Shown here: positions 13,571 through 28,722 of the stretch, in pieces
Layout: each line of letters opens with the position of its first letter
Position numbering within the stretch: position 1 is the first letter of the stretch
Origin: the human T2T-CHM13v2.0 reference genome, Homo sapiens
Reading direction: 5' to 3' (one strand)
Length of the DNA stretch: 64,000 bases
Assembly (NCBI RefSeq): GCF_009914755.1
Contig: NC_060929.1
The notes under the pieces: model-generated
What the model was told of the DNA's origin: nothing
The model's database searches: none
The model's input: only the letters and a program-made list of their open reading frames with translations
Made by a program: the position numbers and the translations under genes

Positions 13571-15731
13571 CATCGATACCTGTTTCTGTTGTGTTGTTGT
13601 CATATAATAGGGCTATATGAAGGAATATCTTGGCAGGGTTTGCTGTATAAGCTAAGTTACTTCACTGGCAGAGTTATGATGCATTAGGAACCAGTGAGGA
13701 GCTAGTTATAGGATACAACTGTGTCCTGTATTTGAACCTCAGATATGATTTTTGTTTGACATATCTTAAAAATGCCACTGACTCTGATTTTTTATAATCT
13801 GCACCATTCTGTGTAGTCCTAGACTCAGATTTATAGAAGCATTTTATTTGCCTCATTCAACTTTAAAAAGCCCAGGATGTTCTATGTCTATAGCATAAAC
13901 TTTAATTGTTATTAAAAATGCAGGTATACCTGGGAAGTGAAGCACTTCAACCTATCCCTAGTCATTTTCTAATATTTTGATTGTGAATATAGATTTTAAT
14001 ACAAGACTGAATACAGATTTGGGTGGTCACATGTGAGAGTGGCAGGTGTATAGGGACCGGACCATGAAGATACTAACATTCAACAAAGTGCCCATCGCAG
14101 AGAGAGGCAGATGTGTAGAAGCACAGGCTGGGGAATTGAGGACAAGTTTGCCTGATCCAATCTTTCTTAAATAGGGCTGAGGGATGCATCTGAGTCAACT
14201 AACACAATAATTTGTGTATTTTCATTTTGTCATTAAGTAAATAGGATAATCTTTTCAAAGGCGTTCTTGTTTTACAAAGAGGTCATTTTGTATCATTCAT
14301 CTAAGGTCATTTACCAATGTTCATTGATTCTTGGTATTGGGATCAGAACCAGGCACACATCAGGAATTTTGTGGCAAAAATAAAGTGCTTCCCTCAAATA
14401 CCTTCTGAGATTTTATTACATCTTTAAAAATGTATGGGTATATTTATTGAAGTTATGAGACTGTAACAATATAAATCCTGGAGAGCGAGAGTTCAATCTA
14501 AACATTAGAAACTTCTTGACCAATTTCCAGTGTTATTCAGAAACCACAGCTTACACGTTTCTACTTATTAAAATAATTTGTTATCTTTTTTCTTTTTGAT
14601 GAAATGGAAATTATTTTTTCTTCAATTTAATTTTTTAAGCAACTCGACATATAAAGCAAGAATTATAGCAATTTTGAAGATAGGGTAAGGAGCCTGGAGT
14701 TTCTTCTCACCTGCTCCCCTCCATCTTCACCCTTTCCCTACTTGGCAATCCCAGAAAGTTATTTGGAACACAGTTCATTTGTTGACAATTTAAATGCATC
14801 TTGAAACCTTGTATGGTTTTGGAATTCTGACCCACATGAGAAAGACTCTATTAATATTGGGCTATCCTATTTTAAAAAATGCACTGCCACACAGCTTTTA
14901 TTAGTTTCCTGTCTTGCATTCTTATTTGTGCTCTGCTACTGACCTACTTTGAGATATTTAATAAATAACTTCTTCTTTCTTTGTTTTTATGCCTCTATTT
15001 CCAATTCACTCGGAAAAAAAAACTATTAATCGTACAATTATGATAAAAACAATTTAGTACTTTTTCATAAATCACATATAAGTACATAATACAAACATAA
15101 ATGGAAGCAATGTTTTTGAAGATTCAGTCACATCAGAAACTGGAGAAGAATTACAGAGAAAATTTGTTCATTTGCATACCCATGCATATGAGCGAGAGGG
15201 AGCAGCCCCTAAAATTAATCTTTAGCCTTGCCAATGGTTCCATAACACTCTTGGATATTTGAATACCAAGCCACCTCACATATTCGAAATTGAAATCTCG
15301 CTTCAACTGTCAGTTTGAGGTTAATACATTGATCTCAGACTCATAACTATCTTATCCTGTTCTGATACTCAATCCTCGTGTGTGCAGTAGGCTCTGACCT
15401 TGAAGCTTGTGTGACCTGGTACTTGAGAATGCTTTTAAGCACTATCAATCAGGTCATGATGAAAGAAGAATGTGTGTGTTTGGAAAATTAGTAACTGAGT
15501 AACTGGTAAACTAGAATAGAGTAGATAATGTGAATTAGAAAATCTACTTCATAGACCAATAAATAATTTGGAATGTCTGGATGAAGATCATACTAGAACT
15601 GGAAATGCAGGGTAACATTTCAGATTAAAATGAATACATGGTAAATACTAATTGCGATAAGGAAGAGAGTAGGAATTGATTTCTGATACTTGAGTTTAGC
15701 AGATTAAGGAGATGCCTGTAAGAAAGAAGTT

Positions 15732-16068
<337 letters not shown>

Positions 16069-17796
16069 TCAATTTGATTTTATATGGATTATGAGCTCTG
16101 TTTATGTGTAAATAAATAAATTGAAGCAGAGATGATCTCTTGCTTATTGTAGATGGCAGACTTTTTTTACCTGAAACTTTAAAGATGGGAGTTGAAGTCA
16201 ATCTGAGAAAACGACTTGATATAAAGTGAAAGTTGGCCAAGGCATGATTGCTGAAGAACACTAGAATCCAATAGATAGAAGAAAAGCCAGTAATAGAGAG
16301 ATGGCTGTTGGGAGCTGAGGAGAGGTTGGGTAGCAGAGCAGGGAGCCTGGGAGATGAGGTGTAGGCGTCGAATAAAAGAAGGAGATCTTAGGAATACGCA
16401 GTCCCTGAAGCAGAGAGAGGAGGCTTTCAGGGAGATCCTGGTCAAAAGAAGTTAGACAAAGAAAAAGGTCTCTATTTGGGAGGAATAATTTCCATCAATT
16501 TGCATAAAGCTGCTGCTTCGGTCAAATAGTTTGTCTCCTGCTACAAATTTCACTTTTTATCTCCATGTTTTCATTTCCTTAATTTAAATCCTTTTCCCTT
16601 TCCTTTGCACTTTATTATGGGCCTTTCCATTAGAAATGCCTACAAAAATCTATTCTTTCATGATTGATACCTTTCTGTTAAAGTTGTAAAGGACCTATTC
16701 TGTAATAGTTACACATCTTGTAACAATTTTAATTTGAAATTGGATATATATTTTTATATATGCATATATCCTCATTGAAACATCATACACATTATAACAC
16801 AGCTTTCTGTTACAAACCCTAGTAAAGTGTTTTGATAGGTTGAAAAGTATCAACTTAAAATTGACATCGATATACATATAAGATAATTTCTCTAAGCTCC
16901 CTCTCTCTTTCTCCTTTGGAACTTAAGACCTGACTGTATAGCATAAAATATATCATGACTTATATTGTGAAATGTATTGTTTTATTATAATATGGAGATC
17001 TCACTGTACTATGAGTACATGCAAGGTGAGAATGTCACAGAGGGCAACGCTGAAGGTACACGTGCAAACAATGGCTTCACTGTATCCAGTTAATGTTCTT
17101 GTGTGAGACAGAAACAGCCTTTAGTGAGTTTTACAGTATGAGTAACATTAACCCAAATATAACCAGGCAAGTAAGTTGGAAAGTGTGTGCAGGGAGAGAA
17201 GAGATAGAGTGTGTGATAAAAGGAAGACTAATTTTCTTTGGAGTTGTTTCAGAATGCTCTGACCATGGAGGTTATGCTTTGCCTCATTGATTGGTACAGA
17301 TGGTTGTCTACATAATCAGAGCAATATCCAGACCAGGCAGTTATTTATACAGCTCTCAAGTCTACTGTGAGCTTCATCAGTTGACTCCACTACTTCTTTT
17401 ACAGTTGTGATGGTTGAAATGTTATTAACGGGATAAAATTCCACCTTGGGCTCTTCCATATTTCTGTCTTGAGATTGGGGCATGTTCTAACATCTGAAGA
17501 GAGATAGAAAAGTGAGCTGGAAAAGGAGAAAGCATATCAGCATATCATCCATTTTTTTCTCCAGCCATTCCTAGTAGAAATTCTAGAATGAGAAATTTAA
17601 CCAAAGTTTTTTAAATAACCAACATGAAGGAACTCTGTATAATGAGAGGTCTTAGAATAAAGTTTGAACATTTAAACCATTTGAACAGGTCTTAGGATAA
17701 ACTTCATGATAGAGTTGCTGCAATGTAACCAATTGACTACAATGGAGTAAAGGAATAACTTAGAAAAATAAGCCTGCCAATACTAAAAATTTGTGG

Positions 17797-18067
17797 GTTT
17801 TTTTTTTTTTTTTTTTTTTGAGACAGGGTCTTGCTCTCTCACCCTGGCTGTAGTGCAGTGGCATGATCTCAGCTCACTGCAGCTTTCATCTCCTAGGCTC
17901 AAGGGATCCTCCTGCCTCAGCCTCCTAAATAGCTGAGACTACAGGTGTACGCCACCCTGCCCGGCTAATTTTCTTGATTTTTTTTGTAGATACGAGGTCT
18001 CACTGTGTTGCCCAGGCTGCTCTCAAACTTCTGGGCTAAAGCCATCCTCTTGCCTTAGCCTCTCAAA
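17797..18067 (-). mobile_element. Alu (AluJ-like), 5'-truncated
   Basis: Poly(T) tail and J-type motifs; TSD taaaaatttgt. Confidence 0.92.
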
Positions 18068-18374
18068 TAAAAATTTGTCTTAAGTCACTATATATTTTGA
18101 AAAATTTCCAATGTGGGTATGGTATTACTTTACTTTCATATAACTGTCTTTGGTTATCAAAGATTGGCTAGCTATGAGAAGATTTAGAAGCATTTCTGCT
18201 GCATTCACCAACTTTTATTAGAAATCCTCCCAAAATTATTAATTATGTATTCTTGAGATAATCATACTACCTCACCATAGAGCTTGCTTAGGTTTTCAGC
18301 AAGATTAGTAATTTCAAACTACAAAGAGGGGCTAAGACTCATCTACCTCTCCCATTGTATCTCTTCCTACTTTT

Positions 18375-18788
18375 TCCCTCTGTCACTGTGCTCCATGAAT
18401 GCTGTCCTTCTTTTTTTTCAATCATTCTAAGCTCATTCCAATCTCAAGGCATTTCTCCATACTGTTCTCACCATGGGCATTGTTCCCCCAACTCCACTTT
18501 TACATGGCTGTCTACTTCTTGTCATTAGATAAAAGCTCAAATCTCCCCCGCTTCCCTGTCCCAAATATTGCCCATGAACACATGCATGCAAAAAATATAC
18601 ATGCATATCTTTTTCTTCATAGTACTCTTATCTTCAGATGAAAGTATCTTTTCTGTTTTCTTTCATTAATCATATGTCTCCATCTATTAGGGCAAAAATT
18701 GTGCAGAGCAGTTACTTTGCCTGTCCTCCAGAGTATACATCAGATCCTACTTAGAGCAGGAATTCAGTAAACATTTGTTGATTGAATG
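18375..18788 (+). mobile_element. L2 3' end
   Basis: Ends tcagtaaacatttgttgattgaatg, the L2 tail motif; upstream L2-like sequence. Confidence 0.7.
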
Positions 18789-20575
18789 TCATCTTTTACC
18801 AAGTAAAATAACAGAACTCTATGCCTAGATCCCAAATAAATGTTCTACATTTATATCTTGCTTCGTGTTTTCCTAACATTTTGCTCATTTTTGCTGACAC
18901 ATGTTGGCCATTTCTTTGTTAGCCAATATTAAAATGAACAGGACTTATACACATGTATTTTGTTACTACAGAGACCAGCATAGATTATTATTATAGATAC
19001 ATTGATAAGATGGTAGCAAATTTATGTTAAAATTATGTATATACACTCTTTTTAACTTATGTGTATTATGTGATCTGTAAATTTATTATAAAATTCATCT
19101 TAGTTCATTGTGGTTATTTCATAAATATATTTAAATCAATTTGTAGATTTTTATGACTGAAGATAAATGTTGATGCACATATGTGTAGCACGCTTTTGGA
19201 GTCCAGAATATTTATTTGTGAATCATTGCATATTTAACTGTCAATGATTTGTATTTAGAAAGCATTTATATTTAAATATGTTTCATATTAGACAACTACC
19301 AAATGCCTAAGCCCAACTGCATATTTTAACTTTCCCAAGGATGGTTGAAAGTGTGAGATGGTAATTATCTTTTTTCTGATGTGTTGGTGCTATTAAAATC
19401 ATATCATGATAACTTATCATTTACATATAAATCTTGTTAAAATTTCAAAGCCCTGTGCTGAAAATATAAAAATAAGCATGTTTAATATAATTGACATAAG
19501 ATTGCTATTTTCCACAATTTTTCTGAAGGTAATAAGAGAAATCCACTTTTGCTTGCCTCTTCAAACAGCGTTTGAATTCTATCAACATCACACTCCTTTT
19601 ATCCCCAGTAGCTGAAGTCCCAAAAGACTCTCACCACAAAAATAACATCTGAAATATCAACTCTATGCATATAAATTCAGTTGGAAGGAGAGCACTCTTC
19701 ATGACTTTAGAGATGTCAATTTTATTACAAACTGTTCCTTCTACACACAGCTATGTGAGCAGGAGAGTATATGTGTGTAAATTAGCGTGTATTTCTTTCA
19801 TTTGCCATTACAACTCAGGATGTAAAAGAAACATATAAATCCAAGAATACCATGAAATCAGAAACTGTCACAGACACTATATACCTAGTTACATGTGAAT
19901 TCTTTACATCTTAACTTCTGCATTTATCACAGAGAACTCAGATTAGCAAATGATATATAAGCAGTCATCATCACAAAGGTTGACTCTTCTTTCTTTTTTT
20001 TCTCTTGAAATCCTATGATCCAATCAGAAAAAAAAGTCAGGAAGTTCCTGTCCTTCTCTGTCCTCACTCACAGACATTGCACACACACTATATTAAAAAT
20101 CAGGATTTCTAATTTTTTTCCCTTATGTATTTTTTTAAATTAAAGTTATCATAATAATTCAAACTTAAAAGCATGGTGGTATTTGATTCTACATTTCTCC
20201 TCTTCTCACAAATCCATTTAGTAACTGGGGTAAATTAAATCTCTCCACGGCACATATGCATCCACTTCTTGCCAGTCTCATTTGGTCCCCTGGATGAAGA
20301 CAATTTACCTACATTGCTTTTTATCAGCTCTCCCCTCACCCCTAATCAACCTATCCTATAAAACTTACCAGGATAAAATAGAGCACAGCTGTAATTATGA
20401 TGCTTGTCATTCTATAAATTCTCCATTATTTGTAATTACAGAAAAGAGAACGCCACACTCCTCTTTTTTTAATCAGTTTTAAGTCAATCATTCATCAATC
20501 ATTCTTGTTGAAAAATTCAAACAACTGAAAAATACATAGAAGAGGAGATGAAAATCCTTCTTCACTGTCATCCAC

Positions 20576-20882
20576 TTTTTTTTTTTTTTTTTTTTTTTTA
20601 GAGGGAGTCTCGCTCTTGTTGCCCAGGCTGTAGTGCAATGGCGCCATCCTGTCTGACTGCAACCTCCCTCTCCCAGCTTCAAATTATTCTCCTATCTCAG
20701 TCTCTCCAGTAGCTGGGATTACAGACATGCGCCACCATGCCCGGCTAATGTTTTGTATTTTTAGTGGAGAGAGGGTTTCTCCATGTTGGTCAGGCTGTTC
20801 TCAAACTCCCGACCTCAGGTGATCCGCCCGCCTCGGTTTCCCAAAGTGCTGGGATTAAGGGTGTGAGCCACTGCGCGTGGCC
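20576..20882 (-). mobile_element. Alu (AluS-like)
   Basis: Full dimer; TSD catccactt. Confidence 0.95.
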
Positions 20883-21686
20883 CATCCACTTCTTAAAATA
20901 CCATGTTCCTCTCAGTTAACATCTAACAAGTACAACTGGGATGGCATGATTCTATACTTAGTTTTAAAAATAAATACGTTTTTGTGTATGTGTAAAATAA
21001 TTTGTGAGCATATTAAAAACAGATACCAGTGTGATGAATTCACTGTTTCTTTTGTAATAATTACAATTTATTTAGCCATTTTTTTCATTAGAAGGGTAAA
21101 CAGTGTTTTGAATATAGAAACCTTCATTAACTTGTTTAATTAACTTTTTAATACTTTGCCAATATAAGACTAAAATTTTAATAAACATGTTTTAGTTTAG
21201 TTTGTGGACTCTTAGATAATTAAAAATAATTAAAACTTTGTTTTTACTAAGGTTCTTATTTACTGATACAATCAGAATCATAGACTCATAGACTTAGTAG
21301 GTGTTCAATAAACATTTGAAACGTGAATGGTACTTATACCACCATTTTAATTGATTTAGAGGATGTGTGAACATAGAATAATATTTAAAAACATATTCTG
21401 ATATATTTTTCATAACAATATTGGACAAATGATCTTCATTTAAATATATGCTAAACTAGAAAAAAAGGCTTTTGGAAAGAAAACTATGTTTTGTCTTCCA
21501 TTTTTTCTTCTTTGGTTACTCTTCCTTTCCTATACCCTGATGTCTGTTACTAAAATTAGAGGGTATGTATTTTTTACACAGCCTCCCCTCAGGTAATTTA
21601 TATACGCAATTAAGCTTAAAAACTACTGCTGTTCTGTGGTATATAGGTAACATTACTTAATATTTGTAATTTTAAATGTGATTTTT

Positions 21687-22203
21687 ATCATTCTACCAAA
21701 AAGACACATTCACTTGTATGTTCATTGCAGCATTATACACAATAGCAAAGTCATGGAATCAACCTATGTCCCTATCAATGGTGGATTGGATAAAGAAAAA
21801 GTGGCACATACATACCAGGGAACACCACACAGCCATAAAGAGAAAGAAGTAATGTCCTTTGCAGCAACATCGATGCAGTGGAGGCCATTATCCTAAGTGA
21901 ATTAATGTATGGACAGAAAACCAACTACTGCATGTTCTCACCCCGTAAGTGAGAACTAAACATTGGTTACATATGGACATAACAATGAGAACAAAAGACA
22001 CTGGGGATTCCTAGCAGGGGAGGGAGGATGTGGGGCAAGGGCTAAAATACTACTTACTGGGTACTATGCTCAGTACCAGGGTGAAGGGATCACTTGTGCC
22101 CCAAACCTCAGTGTCACATAGTATACCCATGTAACAAACGTGCACATACACCCTCTGAATCTAAATAAAAGTTGAAATTATTAAAAATAAGTAAATAAAA
22201 ATA
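21687..22203 (+). mobile_element. 5'-truncated primate L1 3' end (older L1PA-like)
   Basis: ORF2 C-terminal motif atgttcattgcagcatta, L1 3'UTR and A-tail; TSD aaatgtgattttt at 21674-21686 and 22204-22216. Confidence 0.92.
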
Positions 22204-22247
22204 AAATGTGATTTTTGATTGAATTGCAATCTATCCAGAATTTATAA

Positions 22248-22562
<315 letters not shown>

Positions 22563-22640
22563 TAGTAAGAATTCTTATGTACATTCTGCATACAAGTCCC
22601 TCATCAGATATATGCTTTACAAACATTTTCTCCCATTCTG

Positions 22641-23475
22641 TGGTACGATGGAGAAAAGTATCTTTTTCTCTACCCATCTTAGGTTCATGGCTGATGCCCT
22701 TATAACAAAAGACAGATTAACAAGAGGAAAGCATACAAATTTATTCCATAGCAGTTTTATATGACATGGGGCCTTCAAAGGGAAATGAAGACACAAATAA
22801 AACATTAAACATGAATTTTAAAAAATAGGCCGGGCGTGGTGGCTCACGCCTGTAATCCCAGCACTTTGGGAGGCCGAGGTGGGTAGATCATGAGGTCAGG
22901 AGTTCAAGACCAGCCTGGCGAGGATGGTGAAACCCTGTCTCTATTAAAAATACAAAAAATTAGCCAGGCGTGGTGGCGGGCATGTGTAATCCCAGCTACT
23001 TGGGAGGCTGAGGCAGAGAATTGCTTGAACCCAGGAGGCGGAGGTTGCAGTGAGCTGAGATTGCAACACTGCACTCCAGCCTGGGCAACAGGGCGAGAAT
23101 CCGTCTCAAAAGAAAAAAGAAATGTAGGTTTGATGAAGAGTGAACAGTCATGTAAAAAAATGGTAGGGCAAAAAGATTGTAACAGTAATAAACTGGACAA
23201 AACTTAGCAAGACCTATTTATTCAGATACTTTTGTACGTCTTTGTCTTCAGATGTAAGGATGATCCCTTCCTCCAGGTATGTGGAGGGTACCTATAAGCT
23301 GAGGGTCTTAGACTTGGTTCAAGGGAAGGTCAGAAAATCCTTCCTAGGCTTTATTGACCTGGTTTAGGAGAGAAGGGGTGGGGGGAAGGTTAGAGAGACC
23401 TTCCCACTTCTGCTATTTTATCAGATTCCTTCAGGTTATAATACTTTGGGTAGTATAATATTCTGAACACTAACA
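22641..23475 (-). mobile_element. ERV1 solo LTR, MER34/MER39-group-like, containing an Alu
   Basis: acaaaagacagattaacaagaggaaagcatacaaatttatt and terminal atactttggg...ttctgaacactaaca; L1 sequence resumes on both sides. Confidence 0.75.
22828..23119 (+). mobile_element. Alu (AluS-like)
   Basis: Full dimer inside the LTR. Confidence 0.95.
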
Positions 23476-25124
23476 ATCGGTTGTCTTTTTACTAAGTGCT
23501 GTCCTTTGAAATACATGTTTGTTTATTTTTTATTTTAATGTCCAGTTAATTTTCTTGGGTTGCTTATATTTCCAATATTGTATGTAAGAAATCATTGCCC
23601 AATGACAATGATTTTTTTGGTCGAAGAATTTGACAATTTTAGCTCTCACATTTATATGTTTAATCCATTGTGGTTTAATTTTTTCAATATTATGTTAAGT
23701 AGTGGCCTAACTTCATTATTTTGAATATGGTTGTCCAGATATCTGAGCACTATTTTGTTGACAAAACTATACTTTCCACATTGAATTGTCTTGGCCCCCT
23801 TTATTAAAAATGAATTAACTATGAATGTCAAGGCTTATTTCTGGACTTTTAATTCTACTTTATCAATTCATAGTTCTGTCCTTAGGTCAGTACAGTCACA
23901 CTGATGACTTTTAAAGCTTTGTAGTAACTTTTGAAATAGAGAATTGTGAATTCTCCAATTTTGTTCTTCGTTGTCAAGAGTTTCTTCACTGTTGGTGTGT
24001 ATTTTCATATGAGTTTGGGGATTAGATTATCAAATTTCTGAAAAAAAAAGGGAGCAGAAATTTTGTTAAGAATTTCATTGAATCTTTAGATAAATTTGGG
24101 GATAACTGTCACCTTGATAATACTAAATTTTCTGATATATGAAGGTGGGACCTTTCCAGCTATTTAGGTCTTTTAAATTTGTGTTAGTTTATAATCATGA
24201 ATTTCTTTGGTTAAATTTATTCTTATTTTTTCTTTTTGATGTTATTGTATACAGAATCATTTATTTAATTTTATTTCCAGATAGGTCATTGTTAAGGAAG
24301 ATGATTTTTGTATTGATGTTGTAGCTTTCAACCTTGCTGAACTCCTACATTAGTTCTAATAGTTTTTTAAAATATATATATTTGGTAGAAATTTTCTGTA
24401 GACAAGATTGTGTCATCTGTAAATATAGATAGTTTTGCTTCCTCCTTTCTAATCTGGATGAATTTCTTTTCATTCACTGTATTAACTATCCTGGCTAGAA
24501 CCTCCAGTGCAATGCTGAATAGTCCTAATTATAAGGTGAAAGCATTTAGTCTGTCACCATTAAGTAGAATGTTAGCTGTAGGTTTTTTTGTAGATGCCCT
24601 TTGCTTAGATAGAGAAAATTCCGTAATATTATAGGTTTTGTTAAGTGTTTTTAACATGAAAGTGGTTGGAATTTTGTTAAATGCTTTTTCTGCATCTGTA
24701 AGATTATTGTGGTTTTTGTTCTTATTCTACTAATATGGTATATTACATTGATTGATTTTCATATGTAGAACAAACCTTGTATTACTGAGATAAATCCCAC
24801 TTGGTTATAATGTATAATTTTTTTATATCTTGCTGGATTTAATTTGCTAGTTTTTGGTTGAGAGCATTTGTGTTTATAATAGTAAGGAAAGTTAGTCTGT
24901 AGTTTTTTTTGTGATATCTTTTTCTGGTTTTGGCATCAAGGTCATACTTGCCTTGTAGAATACGTTGAGAATTGTTTTATTGTCTTCAAATTTTTTTTGA
25001 AGTGTTAGTGAAACAACAGTGTTAATTCTTCTTTAAACGTTTCATAGAATTTAACAGTGAAGCCATGTGGCCCTGGGTTTTTTTTTGTGGGAAATTTCTT
25101 CATTACTATTTCAGTGTCTTTCTT

Positions 25125-25437
25125 TCGTTTTTTTGTTTGTTTGTTTTGCTTTTTTTTTTTTTTTTGAGACGGAGTCTTGCTCTGTTGCCCAGGCTGTAGT
25201 GCAGTGATGCCAACATGGCGTCAAGCCTCCCAGGTTCAAGCAATTCTCCTCGCCTCAATCTCCCGAATAGCTGGGATTACAGGCCTCCACTGCCACGCCC
25301 GGCTTATTTTGTATTTTTAGTGGAGACGGGGTTTCACCATGTTGGCCAGGCTGCCCTTGAACTCCTGACCTCCAGTGTCTGCCCGCCTCAGCCTCCCAAA
25401 GTGCTGGGATTACAGGCATGAGCCACCTCACCCAGCC
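25125..25437 (-). mobile_element. Alu (AluS-like)
   Basis: Dimer; TSD-like flanks tcagtgtctttctt/tcaatctctttctt. Confidence 0.92.
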
Positions 25438-25875
25438 TCAATCTCTTTCTTGTTACAGGTTCTTTCAGATATTCTTTTATTCAGTTTATATAAGTTATTT
25501 AATTTGTTAGCATAGAGCTGTTGATATAAGGGGATACCCTTATAATCTTTTTAGTTTTTAAAGTTTGATAGTAATATTTCCTCTTTCTAATTTTAGTAAC
25601 TTGAGTCTTCTCTCTTTTTCTGGTCAATGTAACTATTGGTTTGTCAATGTTTCTTAGTGCTCAGGCAGGCAGCTTAAAACCCTGCCTTATTCTTCACGTT
25701 CGACTTGTGCAGAGCCTCAAGGATAGCTAAAGGTGAATTTTTCTGTGTTTATGAAGTGTCCTACTCAGGCTTGCATAGCCCTCTGCATGCACAAGGCCTT
25801 CTACATTCACGGGAATATGTTAGAGCTTTTAAAATGTCCCCACAAACATCTTATTCTCCAGCTTTTTCTTTTTAA

Positions 25876-26191
<316 letters not shown>

Positions 26192-27466
26192 TTAAGTGGT
26201 TTTTATTAAGTTTTTTTTTTTTTTTGTCCCAGTTGTTTAAGTCACCTCAAGCCACTGCATTTTTGAGCAATTAATTGCCAGTGATTGTTTATGTGGAAAG
26301 CCCCTCTGGGAAAAGATGAGGTGATCTCACAGTGGATGATCTCTGAGTTAGGTCACTGCAAGTGAATTTTTCCAGGGTATTTTGAGATGGTTAAAATAAT
26401 GAGAATTCTTGAGAACAGGTCGGGGAGGTTGGGGGTGCAGGGGGTGGGGAGGATGGAGGAACTCCAACCCTTTTCTGTCCCTTCCAGTAGCTTCTAGGTT
26501 ATGGGTTTTCAAGCCTACCACAGAGGAGAGGAAAATGGAAATAGGGCAAGTTAAGAATACCAAAAAACTCACTGTTCTTGCCATTGAAGCTGCTTTACTT
26601 GAGTAATAGACCCTAGATTTTTATAACCCTTTGGTTAGTTTCCAGAGTGCTGAAAAAGTTAATTTTGACGATTTTTCTATTGTTCTCACTGCATTTATAG
26701 AAGAAAGGTTACCCAGCCATTCCTTTTGTATATGATACACTATATGTAATGTCTTCTTAAAATAAATGTTAATAATTTTCACTATAATTAACAACCCCTG
26801 AAACAAAATATAATTTTTGAGTTCATCGAGGATATTGGAATTAATTTTGAGGACATAAAGTTGAATCGCTAGAATCACCCTACTTTAGATGAAAAAAAAT
26901 GGAACATTAAAAAATGAATAATCTCGTATCATATTATCAGTTGCCACACTGGCTTCTGACATACGCAAAAAGTTTAAAACATAAGTCATTAAGTGAATTG
27001 AATGGGTTGTTTTTTTTTGGACCATATCTTCAACAGAATATATACAATGGTAAAAGTGAGAAAGTATATTTGCATTTTACAATGTATAATTGTTGACAAT
27101 TATACAAACATAATATAATCTTTTTCAATGATGGCATAAGAGAACATTAATGTATAACAGCATCATTAAACAAAAAGCATCTTCAATAAAATTAAATATA
27201 ATTTTGTTTCTACCAAGATATTGAATATAGAAACTGTATTTTAAATGACAAGTTTAAAATAGCCTCTGGGATGAATTTGAAATGTATCATTATTTATTTC
27301 CATACTTGTAAGTAAAAGCAACATACTGTATAAGTTCAGTTATGCGCCATTGTAACACAGTATATAATCATGTTAAGTAATCTATTTTCATACCCGGTTG
27401 ATACAGATAATACTATTTATCATTTTAAAACTATAAAAAGTTTTAGAACTAAAATATTTCCTTCTA

Positions 27467-27541
27467 AAGAAGAGAAAGGGGGAAGGGGGAAGGGAAAGGG
27501 GAAGTGAAAGTGAATGGGAGGGGAGGACAGGGAGGGGGAGA
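27467..27541 (+). repeat. Polypurine (GA-rich) low-complexity tract
   Basis: aaggggaaggggaagggaaagggg... runs. Confidence 0.8.
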
Positions 27542-27806
27542 AATAAAACATATAGAACAGGAGAATCAAGACAAGAAAGATGCAAAGGGAAATTTCAACT
27601 CAATATTCAAGGAAAGTCCTACAGTGACTGTATGACAGGCCTAGGGTGCAACCAGTCCCAATCTCTGGCTATATTAAGGGATTCGATTCTCTTCAAGTTG
27701 GGAACTCAATTCAGTAGGGATATGTAAAAGGTAAACAAATACAAAAATGATAAATTATTTTTTTCAGAAAAAGAAAATGTTCTCAAGGAATGAAATATAA
27801 TCATAT

Positions 27807-28722
<916 letters not shown>

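Noticed and set aside
27007-27460. T-tract followed by 3'UTR-like AT-rich sequence, a possible antisense retrocopy
   Set aside because: No poly(A) signal at the right distance and no TSD found.
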